Positions 30,455 through 32,000 of a DNA stretch of 32,000 nucleotides are shown in pieces (position 1 is the stretch's first letter; the number at the start of each line of letters is the position of its first letter). Origin of the DNA: Fibrobacter succinogenes subsp. succinogenes S85 (GTDB lineage Bacteria; Fibrobacterota; Fibrobacteria; Fibrobacterales; Fibrobacteraceae); contig NC_017448.1 of NCBI RefSeq assembly GCF_000146505.1, positions 2,940,001 to 2,972,000 on the forward strand, given 5' to 3'. The notes under the pieces are model-generated. The model did not search any database, was not told where the DNA came from, and was given only the letters and a program-made list of their open reading frames with translations. The position numbers were made by a program, and so were the translations under genes.

Positions 30455-30612
30455 TTTAGACCGGAAAAAATGCGTGATTTGGGCGATTTTAGCCCGGAAA
30501 AAGTGCTGAAAAGTGTGGAAAATACCTTTATGTTGAAATAATGGAATTTTCAGCTATTTTCTATATTGAAATTTTGTAACTTTTGGTGTATTTTTATATT
30601 GAATTTTTGGAA
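30455..30612 (+). repeat. Array of about 5 imperfect direct repeats (~20 nt core, ~28-33 bp spacing) upstream of the ATPase gene
   Basis: tttagaccggaaaaaatgcgtga (30455) / ttttagcccggaaaaagtgctga (30487). gtgctgaaaagtgtggaaaa (30503) / tgttgaaataatggaatttt (30531) / tattgaaattttgtaactttt (30564) / tattgaatttttggaatattt (30597). Approximate consensus TTGAAAwwwwTGGAA. Confidence 0.55.
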
Positions 30613-30634
30613 TATTTCTTAAAGAGGCGAATAA

Positions 30635-31969
30635 GTGTTGTTCAAACGTAAGGTTTACGATAAGTTGCTGGAATGGAAAAAGTCTTATTCGGGACGGTAC
30701 GCTTGCTTGTTGGAAGGAGCCCGTCGTGTGGGAAAAAGTACCATTGCTGAGGAATTTGCGAAAAATGAGTATGACTCCTATATTGTAGTGAATTTTGCAA
30801 ATATAACGGAGGAAATGCTTGATGTTTTCAAAGATATAGCGAAGTTGGATGTTTTTTTCTTGCGACTTCAGGCTGAATCGGGAATATCCCTCAAGGAACG
30901 AAAATCTGTCATTATTTTTGATGAAATCCAGCTGCAACCCAAAGTTCGGCAGGCTATCAAGTTCTTGGTAAAGGATGGTCGTTACGATTATATTGAAACT
31001 GGATCACTCATTTCTATAAAGAAAAATGTTCAGGGGATTGTAATCCCCTCAGAAGAACATCGGATAAGTGTGTATCCCATGGATTATGAGGAATTCATGT
31101 GGGCTATAGGGAAGGACCCGAATACCATCCGAGAGATTTATAAGGCGAATACGGCTATTGGAAACTCGACAAACAGAAGTTTAATGCGAGATTTTAGGCT
31201 TTATATGGCTGTAGGCGGTATGCCCCAGGCCGTAGAAGCGTATATTCAAAAAGAAAATTTTGAATATATCGATAATGTAAAAAGAAAAATATTAAATCTG
31301 TATTTTGAGGATTTGAAAAAAATTGATCCGACAGGTCGATTGTCTAATATTTATAAGGCAATTCCTAGCCAATTAGCCTTAAAAAAGAAACATTTTGTCC
31401 TATCTTCTGCGATTGGAAAACGGCAAACCACAAAAGATGAAAGTCGTTTCTTTGAATTATTGGATTCAAAGACTGTTCTTTGTTGTTATCATGTTGCTAA
31501 TCCCGATTCGGCCCTTGCTCAAACAAAAGATTTGGACCGATTTAAACTGTACGCGTCTGATACCGGGTTGTTTATTTCTTTGATGTTCGACGATTCGAAA
31601 CAAGCTAATGAAATATATGCAAAACTTTTAAGCGACAAATTGGATGCTGATCTTGGTTATCTGTATGAAAATGTTGCAGCCCAAATTATTACCGCTAGTG
31701 GCAAAGAACTTTATTACCATACCTGGTTGAAAGAAAACAGTTCCCATTATTTTGAAATAGATTTTTTGCTTTCTAAAGGAAACAAAATTATTCCTCTGGA
31801 AATTAAGTCTTCTGCTACACGAAACCACGAATCTATTGAAAACTTTGTAAACAAATATTCTAAAAAAATATACAAGGAATATCTGTTTTCTCAAAAGGAT
31901 GTTGCTCATGTGGGACAATTGCTGTTAAAACCGCTGTATTTGCTGCCTTTTATGTTGGAAGAATTTTAG
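30635..31969 (+). CDS. AAA-superfamily ATPase of the AAA_14 + DUF4143 (COG1373) type with PD-(D/E)xK-like C-terminal motif
   Basis: 444 aa. GTG start with AAAGAGG SD 7 nt upstream. Walker A GARRVGKST. Walker B SVIIFDEIQ. C-terminal YFEIDFLLSKGNKIIPLEIKSS (D..ExK). Hand-counted GC of sample lines is about 20-37%, far below the rest of the window. Confidence 0.85.
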   Translation: MLFKRKVYDKLLEWKKSYSGRYACLLEGARRVGKSTIAEEFAKNEYDSYIVVNFANITEEMLDVFKDIAKLDVFFLRLQAESGISLKERKSVIIFDEIQLQPKVRQAIKFLVKDGRYDYIETGSLISIKKNVQGIVIPSEEHRISVYPMDYEEFMWAIGKDPNTIREIYKANTAIGNSTNRSLMRDFRLYMAVGGMPQAVEAYIQKENFEYIDNVKRKILNLYFEDLKKIDPTGRLSNIYKAIPSQLALKKKHFVLSSAIGKRQTTKDESRFFELLDSKTVLCCYHVANPDSALAQTKDLDRFKLYASDTGLFISLMFDDSKQANEIYAKLLSDKLDADLGYLYENVAAQIITASGKELYYHTWLKENSSHYFEIDFLLSKGNKIIPLEIKSSATRNHESIENFVNKYSKKIYKEYLFSQKDVAHVGQLLLKPLYLLPFMLEEF

Positions 31970-32000
31970 TTTTTAGTGATAATTATCTTTGAAAGTAAAG

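Noticed and set aside
30411-30541. Fragment ..KMEVDFLVSANF* (30411-30452) as a remnant of a second DUF4143 ATPase, and a 34-codon ORF (GTG 30440 .. TAA 30541)
   Set aside because: The EVDFLV match covers only 6 residues. The short ORF has no SD and coincides with the direct-repeat array. Both are more simply explained as non-coding repeats.

Overview
This 32 kb segment looks chromosomal and is most consistent with a Fibrobacter (F. succinogenes-like, FCB superphylum) genome; that assignment is an inference. A fibro-slime-domain protein, a GH9 endoglucanase and a 1,682-aa GLUG/Listeria-Bacteroides-repeat surface protein all end in the same short, beta-rich, basic C-terminal sorting-type domain. 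I call 21 CDS (one truncated at the window edge), one tRNA-Val(GAC), about a dozen intrinsic terminators, a few candidate promoters and several families of short intergenic repeats. I saw no rRNA, CRISPR array, transposase, integrase or phage genes. Recognisable genes: two tandem small outer-membrane beta-barrel paralogs, a DASS/SLC13 transporter, a YiiX/C92-like permuted papain-fold protein, a prepilin peptidase, an orphan MacA/HlyD-type adaptor, a CDF transporter, an aldo-keto reductase, an HMGL-like aldolase, a Hanks-type kinase next to a multi-pass membrane protein, a LOG-family protein, a radical SAM (TIGR03960-like) fused to DUF2344, a TM-GAF-degenerate-GGDEF protein, and a low-GC AAA/DUF4143 ATPase. 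No single multi-gene novel system can be demonstrated from the sequence alone. The strongest leads are: (1) the PelD-like degenerate GGDEF receptor candidate; (2) the non-RD kinase plus membrane protein pair; (3) the low-GC YiiX-like gene beside tRNA-Val; (4) the iteron-like repeat array and low-GC ATPase at the right edge; (5) a recurrent TATATT-N6-7-ATG geometry suggesting leaderless mRNAs; (6) REP-like palindromes, a conserved pre-terminator motif and 7-nt-period three-frame stop arrays in intergenic DNA; (7) an isolated GC-rich G-quadruplex-capable island. All homology statements come from motif recognition by eye and need database confirmation.
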